In this document: positions 25,062 to 40,239 of the stretch, one piece after another
Layout of the letters: every line of letters starts with the position of its first letter
How positions within the stretch are numbered: the first letter of the stretch is position 1
Made by a program: the position numbers and the translations under genes
Assembly: GCA_964035545.1 (NCBI GenBank)
Contig: OZ037771.1
Location: 6,109,190 to 6,173,189, forward strand
DNA length: 64,000 nt
Origin: Bugula neritina
Taxonomy: Eukaryota > Animalia > Bryozoa
Direction: 5' to 3'
Notes under the pieces: generated by a model
Databases searched by the model: none
What the model saw: the letters and a program-made list of their open reading frames with translations, nothing else
What the model was told of the DNA's origin: nothing

Positions 25062-27349
25062 CGTCAAACTGCTTCTGGGAAGGTGAGAGCAAACTGCAGG
25101 GATCTGAACTCTTGTCTGGTAGAAATTAAAACTCATGTTATTAGACAGATATTATTTACGGCGAATAAGCTCGGGCCATATGGAGCGGAATTTTGTGTCT
25201 AAATCATTTTCACTGAAAATCTGCTGTGGGAATTACCTACCATTGTACTTGCCAATGGCTTTACTGCGCAAGATATATATTGTTTTACTTTGCAATCTTG
25301 CTCCCTATTCTTAATAACAGATAATTATTTGAAATAAAAATGTGAAACAGAGAAAAATTGGCTTGCTAAATGGTGATCAATCAGTCAACTAGACCACTAC
25401 TACAAGAACAAGTATTTCTTCAGCATTTAGACCACACGAAAGCTGCACATAACAGTCCTATTTTGCTATCTGTGGAAAGTAGTTTTTGCTAGATGTCCAT
25501 GAGAAAATTCACTGCATGTAGCCCCAACTGTACTGAGTGAAGCTTGAACATTTAGTTAAACATCTGTTTAAACTCAGCAAGTGGTATCACTTGCACTTAT
25601 GACCTGAGTAAAAATTACCCACTTGCCTACTGATCACAATTATTATTAAAAGTAGACTTAGCCACAGGCCGGTTGTTGCAAATTAAAATACTACATATCA
25701 ATGATTCCAGTTTTACAATGGTAATACAATCCTATTAATAATACTATTAAACAATATTATTTTAGACAAGCATGACAAGGTTACACTAAGTATGTAAAAA
25801 CTAAGGGTAAAGGCCATAATTTCATTTTTATTTGAAATTTATGGTAGCTTTCAATGTTATTTAGTTGAATAGAGACATATAATATGTATGACTATGAGTT
25901 TGAATAAAACTCCCTAGATTTAGTATTAACTATTGATATCATTACTATTATCCTAATGTAGTATTACATTATTAATCATCATAAATGATAATAAATTATA
26001 ATGATATTAATATCATAATTATAAATAGTATATATAATCACAATGGTGATAAATTTATAAACATGGCTATTATTATAACAGACAAAACACTGAAGTGAGC
26101 AACATTTTAAGTTGAATAACCCAGCATAAGTATCAGTATGAGTATCACTGACAATAGATTGTATTCACTTATTCATGATTGCCAACATGAATATTATGTC
26201 AAAATTGCCACACAACTATCAGTATCATAATTATAATATTCTATAGGATTATCACTATCAGTATGAGTATCACTATCAACATGAGTGCTAGTACTAGTAG
26301 TAGCCATACTGATATTCATAGTGATAGTGATGGTATTTCACTATGACTATTACTATTAGTATTACTATTAGTTGTTTTAGTTCAGTTATAGTTATACAAA
26401 ATAAAAATATAATACTTAATCTTTATCTTATAGTTAATGTTATAGTTACACTTGTATTAATATTTACTTTTATATATAGCAGTAACTTATACTAATACTA
26501 ATAGTAATACTAATACTAATAGTAATATTAATACATTAGATTTAGTGATTATACTTGCTAACTTTAAGTGATAAGTAACTATTATTCTATAAGTATAACA
26601 TTAACTCATACCTGACTTTAAGTCCCCAATCTAAGGTTACTAATAGTAATAGTAATCTAATAGTAATTGTAAATGTAATAGGCCTACCAATACTATTACT
26701 AACTCTAAGACTAAGAGTAAGTGTAACTCTAACTCTAACTGTCTAAGTCTATGTTATATTAGCATACTAGCGAATTAAATATTAATAATTATTATAATAC
26801 TAATACTATTATTACTAAATTACTAATAGTAATACTAATATCAATAGTATTACTATTACTGTAATAGTATAGACAATCAAATTTCATAAACTGACAAGAT
26901 AAGTATAATACAAGTACAACTTGAACTAGTACTACTAGTACAATTTGAGAGTAAACCAAATTCGCTGTAATTGTGAGCGTATACAGTTACACAAACTTAA
27001 AAGTGAAAAGCGAATATTACTTTTAGTTTTAATTTTATTTTAAATACAATACTAACCAACACTAACAGTAAGTGTAACTCACTAACTCACTGTAACTGTA
27101 AGTCTAAGTGACTAAGTCACTTGGTAAGTGTAACAGCAATGTATAATATTAATATATTTATAAATTTATGAACTCACATTTACAAATATTTAGCTTGATA
27201 TTTTTGTAGCTGTTGGTTAATTAATAGTAAATACGATTGTTATTAATTGTAGCTGTAATTCAAACTTTTATGCGTCAATAAAATAAGGATGGTGATATCT
27301 AAATCTGGTGATCATTCATTTTCTTGCTGTTTTGTTTATCTGGCCAGGC

Positions 27350-27395
27350 CACATGTCAAAATATCCAATCAAGACAGGCTAAACAGTGGGGTGAT
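27350..27395 (-). promoter_or_regulatory. SREBP promoter module: SRE-1 ATCACCCCAC (27395-27386), inverted CCAAT (27365-27369), E-box CACATG (27350-27355)
   Basis: Exact 10/10 SRE-1 lies 16 nt from a CCAAT box, ~200 nt upstream of a GTGAGT donor at ~27178 that would end a non-coding first exon. Confidence 0.75.
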
Positions 27396-28435
27396 GTAGA
27401 CTGTTTTAACTGCCCTTATGTTTGTTACAATCTACAACTCATTATTTGATCATATACAGCCGTTTCAAACAGGTTCTGACAAGTGGCCTGATAAATTATT
27501 TTCTACGTTTTAGAATTTGAACCTGTAGCAGAAACTTATCCGATAGAAATGCAGGAATTAATACATCCTAATTTGCAATAGTACACAACTCCTAAATATA
27601 ATGATGATCCTGCTAAAATTGCTGTGCATGTACGTGTGTATAATAATTATTATTATATGTTTGTGTAATGTGTATGTATATATCAATCCTCTTTGGTATA
27701 ATATAGTCTTGAAGCATTCTATTGAGCCATATTTTTTCTATCTCAACTGATCAAACATAATTATGCACAGTTTTAATGTAAATAGGAAGCCAGTAACCTC
27801 AGGAGCAGCTAGAGCACTGCATGGGGCTTAAATCAACAGATATCTATTGATTTAGAGTTCATCCATTATATTAAACAACACATGAGCATTATAGAGTAAA
27901 GCGCAAATGAAGAGCATCATGGCTGATTTCCTGGCTCCAGATTGCCGTTATAGAGTATAATGTATATGTATATAAATCACAAAAAGCTGCAAATTTATAA
28001 ATGCATGCATGACAGTTTGTTAGTTTGATAACTTTTTAGATTAGTTTATGTGGTGACTGTGTGACTTTGTTTATAAAAAAGACAACTCGCGATTTAAATT
28101 TTGCAGGAATTAACTTTATAGAAGGTGTTTATTGGACTAGCTGTGCATAAAATGAACTGAATTAAAAAAAATCGAAGAATAATGGATGCAAATTTCTAAC
28201 GGGTAACATACTTTAAAACCATTATTAGTAACAGTGCTAAATCTTTATTTCTATTGTACCGGCTCTTCATGCATGAGCAAACAATTCCATAGTTTGAAAT
28301 ATCAGAAACCAGTTTCTAGCTATTAAAATTGGTAAACTAGTGTTACTAATACAGTAGATGTGTAGCATTATTAATAACAATTTGCATCTGTTTCCTCCAA
28401 CAACGAAATGTCATTTTAAATTGTTAGCGAGTTTG

Positions 28436-31400
28436 TTAGGTTGCTTTCACCCACACAAACTCATTGTAGTGATACCATCTCCCCTCTTCTGACACCTGAC
28501 TGACAAGCTGTGGCAGGTGGGTCTTTGTGTTAGATGCTGACGACATGGATGCTGAAGTTGGTACTGGACTGTGTTCACAGCTCACGGTGTTGGTTCCAGT
28601 GCCTACAAATGTAGAAAAAATTAGTAATTTATTTGCATCACACAAGACATTAAATTATTTTACTTACTTTAAAAAATCATTAAAACATGGATGTAAAATT
28701 GCTGTTCAAAAAATTAAATTGATCAATATTGAGCGCCCAAAACATCTGTGTAGAATAATGTTATTAATTATGAAGCAAACTCTATATCTGAGAAACGATA
28801 CTGTCAGATGAAATACACAATCTATATATTAAACGGGATTTAATAGTTACAGGTTGGCCTGTACTATGATAATAGTTACAGGTTGGCATGTACTATGACA
28901 ATAGTTACAGGTTGGCCTGTACTATATGACAATAGTTACAGGTTCACCTAGTACATTAGCTTATACAAACCGCATGCAGCTTTCAGTTCAAAGCCGGCAT
29001 CAAGCAGCATATCAAAGGCCTGTTCTAAGAAGTTATGTTTGAGGTAAAACCTACTGGAGTATCTTCCACCATCACCTCTGTCGGCGTCTCGGTTCTCATT
29101 CAGAGTGTCTCTGAATACAGCCCGGCACAGGTTGACCTGCAAGGAGTTCCTATACCTGGTATTACCTACTGTGTGAGCTAGATATTATACAGGTGGAGAT
29201 AATGTACAGGTAGAGATGTTATACAGGTGGAGGTAATATACAGGTGGAGGTAGTACTGTGTGGGATATTATACAGGTAAAGAAAATAAGCAGGTGGAGAT
29301 AATATACAGGTGGAGATAATCTATAGGTAGTGATACTATGCAAGTGGGATACTATACAGGTGTGTATATCTATGAGCAGCTCACACTAGCAATAAATAAA
29401 CATACCTTCCCACAAACCAACAGCCTGCAGAGCCGTCTAAACTTGATTTCTGCGAGACCGTCACGTCCAAAAGCAAATGTTCCTCGGTAACCCACCGTAA
29501 TGGAGCCAGTATTCTCTGTCAGTTCGGTTGTTGATGGTGAACTCCTGATAGGCCCTAGTGTTGGTTTTAACAAACTTTTACTATTTTGATGGTCCAGCAG
29601 TTTTATAAGCTCTGGCAGTCTGTAATACTCTGCCTAAACATGGAGAAGGACTTTTAGTTTTGTCATGTGTTACTACATGTCATGTATATACATTAGACGG
29701 TTACTGACTCCATGCAAAGAAGGTGCTATAAAGTTGCTAAAAAGATGCTACAAAGTCGTGACTACTCAGCCAATCACACACTGGCTTTCATCATTCAAGT
29801 ACACTGCGATGGGCTTTACAAAAGCTTCAATGCAATATATTGAGAAACTGAATATTTCAAAATAGCTGTAATGAAGAAATTGAGAAAAGCCTGTGTTCTA
29901 GATTAGAAATGCAACAAAAGAAGTTATGTTCTCAAACCAACATTTATTAAGAAAATTAAAGAGCTTGGGTTACCTCAATTCTCCCATTACTGCACCTAAA
30001 TGACAAGATCATCAGATGTATGTCAGCAAACATAATATTTACCCTAAACTATTTAATGTCATGCTTTGAAACTAGCCCTCCACGATTGTTATATGGTTTT
30101 ACAGCCATATATTTTATAATTTATGACTTGTCATGTTGCAGACCATATAGGCAGCAACTGTATAATTTTCTACAGAACGCTATAATAAATGAGTTGTTTT
30201 TATAAGTTCTTGTTTAAAACTTAATTATATAGAAAAGCTGTCATTGAACTGACCTTTAGAGATTCATCAATAGAAATTCATTAGTGAGTTAATACACCAC
30301 GTATACTATTGCAACATGACATTGAATGTCTACTCTGAGAGTCTAGAATCACTTCCTTTCAATTTTAAATGCAGTTGCATTATAATTATTTCGCACGATG
30401 GCAAAGCAAATTGATTGAAAAATGCTTAAATTCTCTGTAATAGTGACAGTGAACATGATAAAATGTTGCACTACAGTATTCCAAATTATGAGTTTTACTA
30501 AGGAATGTCATCAAACTAACAAAATCTCTAACTATAGAATAACTATAACTTCATAAAAATACCTTTCGGTGCCATTGCCCCTTTAAAGAGGTGCAAGATT
30601 GCTATAAATCTATCAAAATATATAAGCTGAAAATTTTGAAGTTATAGTCCCATATGAAAACAATGTTATGTTTTCATACAGGGGGAGGGGGAGCTAAATA
30701 TCTCACATATATCACAAATATCTGTATGTAGTTCGTTACAGCCTTTACTTGCCTGACTATAAAAAATGTTTTCATTATGAAACAAGTTCATTTTTGGCTG
30801 TATGTAGTTCGTTACAGCCTTTACTTGTCTGACTATAAAAAATGTTTTCATTATGAAACAAGTTCATTTTTGGCTGTATGTAGTTCGTTACAGCCTTTAC
30901 TTGTCTGACTATAAAAAATGTTTTCATTATGAAACAAGTTCATTTTTGGCTGTATGTTATTTATATGAAATTAAATATTTTTGTAGTTTCATCTCCGTAT
31001 GAATATAGTTCAGTGTTGTTGTGTGTGACGATTTTTCACAGTATGTAATAGTTATTATTGCAGATTTATTTTTGTACATTAAAGCGTGTACTATTTCAAG
31101 CACTAATTGGACCAATTCACTCTAACAAGAGAATAAACAATGGAACCTAGCACACCTCTTATGGCTTTCCTATGTTATGTTTTCTAAATCTATGTTAGTA
31201 TAACACTTAATACTTTATTTATAAATGTAGTCTATCTTCGCCATACTATTTCTATATATTTGCTATCTCTATTCAATTTTGCTATACTGCATGCACTATA
31301 TAGCAGAAGCTCATTATACTATGCAACACTGCTTTATGTTATTTTATTATATATCCCAGCACATTATCTGGCTGAAAGTAAGTTAATTTATATTATCTCC

Positions 31401-32347
31401 GTTCTTTACCCTTACAGACAAATCAATACAAACATCAATCAGTAGTTATTATGATGTAGACTACGTATACACCTACTTCTTTTTCTTATATGGCTAAAGT
31501 AAGATAAAAGTTTGTTTTCAGTACTGCATGGCCTGCTTAGTTACATGCCAATTGTAGAGGGAATTAATAAACATACAATATGACACCATGGCACAATTAT
31601 TTTAGGACTCAACAAAAAAATTGAGAGGATAACTCTCAGCTTACATTGTTGAAGTGTTTCTATGTTGTCAAAGATATAAAGCGCACAATTTTCAACTGCA
31701 GTAGCCTAGTTATGTCATATGCCCTTTTCATACAAAGGTGCTCCTAATAATATCAATGCATAGAGCTGTAATACAAAGTTTTGAAAACAGACATACTAAA
31801 AAGGTCGTATAAAAATGAAAATGCATAATGGGCAATTTTGAAAAAGCGCTAAAGGTTAGCAAAGAAAATACCAAAATTTTTATTTTAGTATTGACATCTG
31901 ATGCTTTATAGCTTTTGTTATGTATATATTGAACTAGATTTGTTATTACGTCATTAGATTTTAATTTATTAAATGATATATCAGTTCGCATAGGCAAAGC
32001 TTCGGGGTACATGTATAGTGATTATATAAGCTTTTTATAATACCTCATGATAAGCTTTATAATTGAAACAGATTAAGTCTGACCTCCAGTTTTAGTCTTG
32101 ATAACTCAGAAAAGTTTTCTGGAAGAACAAGTTTCCTATTTCTTAGGTAATCCAGGATGTATCTAAACAGCACCCCATCTCTGTCTATGAATATTCTTCC
32201 CAGGTTGTCTTTACAATCACTGGCCGGTTTACTTTCATCAAACATTGAACAAAGCAAACTTTCTTTGGCGGATAGCAATGTGGTAAGGGTCGTGGTATAA
32301 TGCACACCACCAACATTCAGGTCTACCGTTGAGCTGTTGGCCATCAT
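28436..32347 (-). CDS. KCTD16: BTB/T1-domain protein of the KCTD8/12/16 family (GABA-B auxiliary subunit-like), 274 aa. Exons: 32347-32084, 29633-29406, 29136-28971, 28602-28436
   Basis: T1 domain VDLNVGG...FIDRDGVLFRYILDYLR...EAEYYRL. H1 domain ITVGYRGTFAFGRDG...KFRRL.R..VCGK...TLNE.RD...YSSRFYLKHNFLEQAFD...W.HYNEF. No H2 domain. Phases consistent. Confidence 0.92.
30723..30957. repeat. 76-bp tandem triplication
   Basis: Three near-identical units in KCTD intron 1. Confidence 0.9.
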
Positions 32348-33861
32348 TTCTAGCAGAAGGACAAGCAGCCAATATAGATAGAGTTAATAAAAAGTTGTCA
32401 TACTGAAATGTCATTCTATATTACAAATTTGAAGACTGTGCGCACTACTACGAATAAAAAGCTTCAACTACATTAGGCTAACTCAAATGTGGTAAGTAAA
32501 TAGTAAAAGTTACAAACATATAATACAAGTTTAAGAATAGTTTTGGAAAATCTTTTCTAAATATCTTAAGAAGTTTATACAAACTGATGTTTAGTAAAGC
32601 TGCAAACTTCCAGTATACAGACTTAATTCACGTTACTATGCTTAGTGTCATCATGTTAAGTTGTATACTTTGCATGTAATACTATTTTAAATAGCTATGG
32701 CTATTTTGAAAGAAAAATAGTAGATTGATTTGCTTTCTGCATTAAATAAAATATACATGTAGGCAATTTTGATAATGACTGTGTAGTTATGATGTCATAT
32801 ACTCACCAACTGATAAGACAAGTTGATCACACGGCTCCCTCTAGTGAAATGCACATGACTGTTAATTATTATACAATATAACACATCACGACAAACAGAA
32901 AGCATATCACAGCAATGAGCCATGTAGCAATTATTACAACATATTAATGGCTAATATATTTCATATAATCATGTATAATTATTCTAATATACATGCAAAA
33001 GACTAATCAATAATATTGCTATAACAGCCACACAGCTTTTAACTAAAAATGAATGATTGGTCACAATATTTTTTATTATAAAATGGGATTAAAGTTCAAA
33101 TTGAAGTAGCAGTATTGTGGTGACATGTGACAGTTGCAATAACCTCAGTAGAGCTATAAAAAAGCTAGCTAATAATTTCATATTTGGGGGTAAGTTTATT
33201 AGTAAGAAGCATGGAACTTATCTAATAGAAACGAAAACGAAACGGATACCAATGTGGCAAGGGACATTATATATGAAAAGCTAAGATTGCAAGATTTGCA
33301 ACACAGAGTGAGTTAAACTTAGAAAATTGAACTCCCCTCACTAACAGCTTTAAGTCATCAAATGGCCGAGAAGCTACTGGAATCAACATAATGCCATTTC
33401 TGTTTACGGCGGATTTTTAGTTATATATTGGTTTATTTGAAAACAAGATAATTTCTTTGCTATATTTCAGACTTTTCTTCCAAAGATTAAAATACTCAGC
33501 CTAGTTCTGCTGAAAGCTAAACCAGGAAATTACATTATTTATAAGCCAATTTATCGAGAGATGCTGCAGTAAAGTTATTTTCACCATTTGCTCAAGAGTG
33601 GCAGGTATAAAATGCTAAAATCAAATTCACCACTATTAAGCAATTTTGTTTATGGTAGTATATCAATCAGCTCTGACAGCAAAATGCTTAAGTATCTGTG
33701 CAATTCTTAAATAGAGTTGTTGCAAATCTTGTCAACACAATATCAACAATAATGTGAATAGGTATTGATTGTTTTCACAACTACTAGCTTTCACTTGCCT
33801 GCCTGTATAATTCCTATGAGGTAGACAAGATGCAATTTGCATAGCATGATGCAGGTATATT

Positions 33862-35301
33862 ATAATGTAACTTGCTATACATCCTGTATTATGCATATCA
33901 TTCATAGCATACTTTCTGCGATTGCATAATTACTACCATACAGTCTGCAGTTGTAGATCTGACACTCTATCTCAGTACTGCATTATATGAAGCTAAGATT
34001 CTAGAAAAAGGAAAAAGCTATTTTCCTGGTAGAACACGAAACACTTTATAAAAAAGATTTTTCAAGCTGATTCTTTTGTAAGGAACAACAGTTTTATAGG
34101 CTATCAAAATGCTAGTCACATGCACTGCACACTAAACAAGAATTATTTCATCTGCTTCAGTGGCAAATTGATATCTGAAAGTGTTGCCAGAAATCGAGTG
34201 ATAGCGATATTAGAGTTGTCCTCTCACTTGTGCTTATTTGTCTTAAATCCAACTGGGCAGAGAAATTCCATGCTTCACCATTTCACTAGTGAAACTTCAC
34301 TAGTTAAAGTTTCACATGATAAATTTTTTGTATTGTAAAAATCTTGCAGTAAACTAAAAATTTAACAAGTAAACTTGGCTTAGCTTATATTTATGTTTCC
34401 CAAATGTATTTACTATTCATATCTAGTAATCATCAAGAAGTTCCACTTGTGGTGTCAACAATATCCTCTGCTGCAGCTACTTGATCTCTAGATACTATTA
34501 ATATAAGCTCTAGAAATCGTTTTGTTGTTCGGAGATTTCTTAAACTTAATATAATTAACATAAAACTTGTTGTGCAAGACTAGAGAGTAGAAAAAGGCGA
34601 AAAATGAAAAACCTTAAACCGGTGGAAAAGCACAAAAATATGGGAATGATATCTTTTCTGGTCAGATATAAATGTATTTGCAGTGTAGAGTTGAGATAAA
34701 TATTTTGCCATGAATACGGAAGAATAATACTGTGTGAGTGAGTGACGTACCCATGATATATAGCCATGATATCTTGTCATAGTAAGGAAATACAGTACAT
34801 ATAGTGTTGAACTAAATAAACTGCTGTAAGTGGAATATTGACTTGCTATGAACTAATACTGTGTACAATTATTACAAACGTATATTATGTACAACTAATG
34901 CATGCAATTATTATTATCAAATATTATACAAAAGTTATATGTACAATAAAAACAATATACTATATACTATGTGTGTCTCATAGTAACAATATACTATATA
35001 CTACGTGTCCCATAGTAACAATACACTATATATTATGTGTCCCATAGTAACAATACACTATATATTATGTGTCCCATAGTAACAATACACTATATATTAT
35101 GTGTCCCATAGTAACAATATACTATATATTATGTGTCCCATAGTAACAATATACTATATACTACGTGTCCCATAGTAACAATATACTATATACTACGTGT
35201 CCCATAGCAACAATATACTATATACTACGTGTCCCATAGTAACAATACACTATATACTATGTCTCCTATAGTAACAATATACTATATACTATGTCTCCTA
35301 T
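33862..35301. repeat. Copy 1 of a ~1.2-kb direct duplication, ending in a 32-bp minisatellite (34955-35301)
   Basis: Collinear with 47945-49173 with scattered substitutions and small indels. Confidence 0.93.
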
Positions 35302-35932
35302 CACGGAAGTAGTGTTAGCTACCAAACAGTCCTAATCTGCAATTGCCCACGTTTATATTAACTTATTCTCGACCCGATAGAGCTCACACCCGACTGGGCC
35401 GTATCATCTGTGAAATGTCATTTTTAGAAATGTCTTTTTTCTAAAAGTCAATTTATTAATTGTCAATTTGGGAATTGTCTTTTTCGAAATAGGTGTTTTT
35501 GAATTGTCATTTGTGAAATGTCGCGGATTCATAGGGTTTATGCTGTTTTTTAAATTATTCCACCATAACCTGAGATTGGGAGTAGTAATTCTAGAATGAG
35601 GTAGGGAGGGTGTAAAGCCCCTCCCTATGACTTAATATATTTAGAAACTGTTGTTTGTTTAGCAATTCTGTTAGTGCATTTAACAGACCCTAGTTAGACA
35701 TTCCAACATAGCATTACACAAATAATGTAAGCATTGAACTATATAAGGTTATAGTTTCAGTTCAGTGAATGTAAGTTTCATAACAAAATCACTCAGCCAT
35801 ACACAACGGCCTGATGAGGTTAGCTTGCACTAAATGAAACAACATTGTAGTCGATAAAATGAATAAATAAGTTTATTATTATATCCAAATTTGTATCAGT
35901 ACCAAATATAAATACTCTATTTTTCGAAATAG

Positions 35933-36324
35933 TGTAGTGGATTTCAGCTGTGTAGCTAGTTAATTATGTTATATCGAAAGGGTCGACTCTATGCCATGTC
36001 ATTGTGGATGCCGACAGTGTCTAGCCTGGCCGACAGTGGCACCATCTTTAGTAGCCAATCAGGAAGACCCATCAATTAGGACTAGGCGTAGCTACACGCA
36101 TCTTGGAAGCACGCTAAGCAGCTAGCTGGCAGAGCTACTTGGGACTGACACTTGAATAGTAGTGTGTTTACGGCTCTATGTTATGTAATCAATTTATCTT
36201 CTTGTAGTAATTTTACTCGTATGTAATTTGTCATAAATAAACTCTTATACGTATTGGAACTAGTGTAGTAGCTTTGCATAAGTAAACCCACACATAATAT
36301 AGTGAATTGTGGAAATTCACTACA
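35933..36324 (+). mobile_element. Solo LTR, 392 bp
   Basis: TG...CA ends with 13-bp inverted termini TGTAGTGGATTTC / GAAATTCACTACA, internal AATAAA at ~36236, near-TSD ATAG/ATAT. Confidence 0.65.
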
Positions 36325-36390
36325 ATATTGAGTTCTTTTGATTTATTTTTTAAATTACAGAATAATTGAGTATTTATATTTGGTACTGAT

Positions 36391-36707
<317 letters not shown>

Positions 36708-39700
36708 AAGTTTTTCATAAAATTGAGTTATTAACCAAATGGTATTTTTGCATTATTTTCCATAATAAATACATCTCATGTTATAAAGTATAAGTATACG
36801 TGTCATGCTCATATCAAATCACAAACAAAGCGTTCTAAAGAAGAAAACTCTCAAGTTATACTGTAGTTTATAAGAATGATAGATGTTTTTCTTTTACACA
36901 AATTTACCACTTGTTATACTTAGAATATTTGAAGCTGTTTTAATAGACACAAACAGTAGTTACAGTGTGCTTTTTACTCTATCCCTCTATTGGCCGTTTT
37001 TGCTCTTAAATCTTTATCTGAGCTGAACTTTTTAGAGCTTTACAGATTAACAAGTAGGCTTGGCAATTTTCTATCTATAGTCTTGGCAGCATCAGAACAC
37101 ACCAAGACTATACATTCTACAAATCAACAGCCAGTTGCTTTATAACTCTAGCTCAATACAAAGTGGATTATATAAAAGCTGCAAACAGTAGATTAATGAA
37201 GAAAAAAATGCTATGGTAGCTTTTTGGTCGAAGCTTTTAGTAAAATAGCTTTAAGAAAAGCTTTTGGCAATAGCTTTCTAGCTGCACTAACTTCTAACAC
37301 ATTCTTCTCGAGTTTTTCAAAAGTTTAGCGTTTCACTATTGATCTTCACCTATTTGTTACATTAAGATGGTGATAAACTATACAAGTTACAGTGCGACAG
37401 ATCTTTCTTCACAGGATCAAAGAAGAGAACTACCACTCTGTATATGACATCTGATAACTAATATTCGTATGTATATCTTCAGATATAAATAATAATATAC
37501 TCAATATTTATATATATCATTTCAGTTTGAAGAAAGCCTATATAATTATGTTTTAGCAATTTATAGTAGTGTGAAGACTCCAATTTGCCAACACATAACT
37601 ACACCTAAAAATTGTCTAATTTTCATGCAAGCTGCTTTCTTCTGTGCCTAGTAGGCAATTAAGCTTATCTCTGTATTTCTCTTTGACCTTAATAAAATCT
37701 CCCAATATATTTTATCATGATGTCTACAATAAAATGCACTTGGATATCCATTGAAACACTTTGTTTACAAATACATCATCTGTTATCAAAACAACGTGTT
37801 TACCTTCTATGTGTGAAAGAATATTGGTGAGCACATTTTTTAGTTTCTTATCATAATTGTAGAATAAAGGAACTCTTTCTAAGCTGAGTTAATCACATTC
37901 TTGAACTCATGCAAAATCTTCATTAGAGCAACGCCATAGTGAGAAATGTCAGGTTATTTGCTTTTTTCTCTGCACAAAGTAGTGTTGGTGTATGTCTTTT
38001 GATGCCTGTTGGTAAGTTAAATGAACATGATATTCAACTTCTATTTTATTGTTTGCCAATATTACTCATATGCACAAAATTTAACGCAAATAGTTCACCT
38101 ACTATCATTTGCACTAACCTTTCACACTCACATTCACCAGTTTTCTTATCTCTGCTCTACTTGAGCTCAATCAGAAAGAGCAATTTATCGGTTTTAACTC
38201 TCCAGTTTATAATAAAATGCTTCTTTTTTATTTTATAGTTTAATACAAAGTTATAATTGACAAATAGATTCACCTTTAAAGTTTGGAAAACTGCAATATT
38301 GTAAGAAATTCAGACATTCAAACGCTTGGAGGCTAAACATTGCAGCTGATGAGGTTATAGCTTTGCTGTTTTATATATGACACTTTCTTGCTGCTAATAT
38401 TGGATAGTTATGATAGTCAATATACATTATATCATTGAGGGAATATCCATGTAATTGACTAAAATAAATTTTGATTTGCTCATTTTATCTCCCCTCCCCC
38501 TTTTGAAATCCAGCCACAAACCTAACCTGCAGTTCTTAGAAAAAGGTTCACTCAGAATTTTGTAGCATATGTTACTCAAGTTTTTTCTGATGAAAGTTCT
38601 TGTGTAGTGGAGTCTTTGCTCAGAAATAGAAAAACAAAACATTTATAGTTTCAAACAGTAATGATAATGCCACCGTAGAAATGACTGATGTGCATTTGGT
38701 TTTGTTTCCCCCTGCTATCTGTGGTGGCATAAACTGAACAACTAAAATATGTTGAAAGAAGGCTTTCAGTTTCTATAAGAGAAAAAAATGAATTTAGATG
38801 AGGGATAAAACTTTTGGAATACTGGCTATTATCAGTCTACACAAAATTCATCAGTAAAATGTTTAATTGACCGGTTTCCTTTTATAAGCTTTTAAACTTT
38901 AAGGTTGTCTCCTCCCACCCGGTGCATATATAGGAGGGGTCTCCATGGTATATAGAAAGTCCATGAGATAAAGAGAAATTTAATGTTTGTGTGAAGACTA
39001 TTGCTAGCATAAGTTTCCTTTTTTATGACATAAATATTTTGGCCTATGCTTACATAATAGCAGTTCCAGACAAACTTTAAAAGTTTTTTTTTGACAAATC
39101 TTGAGAAAACCGAGCTTCAAAGCATGTTTGTGATTTTAGTTACTGAGGAAGCTAACTTGGTAAATATGATATAAGTCCCAATAGTCATTTGCTATGCTGG
39201 CTGTCATGTTTAATTTATACCTGTTGACCTTTTAACCCTTTGGTCAGGCTCTGCTGTTAACACAGTCTTGGAGCACTGCTAGGAAATGAGACAGCAGATT
39301 AGCTGTGTTAGCAGTTTTAAATATTCATATACTTAGACACATATGCTATGAAAATACAGCAAAACTCCCTCTATATCTATCATTTTCACAAAAAACCTTT
39401 TGTCACCAAACTAACGATATGACAATTCTGCTGGGACGTCCAACCCCATGGTGTGACTGTAGGAACACTATAGCACTGAATAGTACAGAAAGACTGTAAT
39501 GCAAAGAGCCAATTAGTGGCTGCTATACTCATTGATATATAACGAAGATGCAATATACCACCCTATAGTAGATAGACATTAGTTCAGTGAGATCAAACAG
39601 CCAAAAAAATGTGCTTACTTTAGGCAAGTCTGCAACTGTTGGGACTTCCTCATTTTTAACAGTGATAGGCTGCTGACAACATATATATACATAAAACAGC

Positions 39701-40239
39701 ACTTTATGTATATATGCACGTATACATGCATGTTATGCTTTATAAAGCATAAAAGCATAAATTTTGAGGGGATGTCAATTACCAAACTATGGCTGTTACT
39801 CTTCAGGCCATTATAGTGACATCATTCATGTGATTCTACAGACTATCAGTCAACTCTCTTTAATTGACTATCATATTCCTAAATAAATGTTCCTACAGCT
39901 CTTTCAGTATGTCTGAAAGTCTTTGCATTGCTTTTGTCTATAACAGCGTTTTTTATTCAAAACTTGTTTTGTTAAGAAAATGTCACTGGTTACATTGCAA
40001 GATGAAGATAATTTGTTTTCAACTAAATGTTATACTAATTCTAGGTAGAGTATTGTATAAAAATAAGTCCCATAGTTATGTACTGCAGATAAGTTTTATT
40101 GAAGGTAATGCTAAACAATATGTAGTAATTATGGTGATAGTCTAGCATCGCAAATATTTTTATTAGACTTTTATATTCTATAACATATCGTATTTATTAC
40201 ACTGCAATATAAAACAAAAACCTATACTGAAATTTCTAC

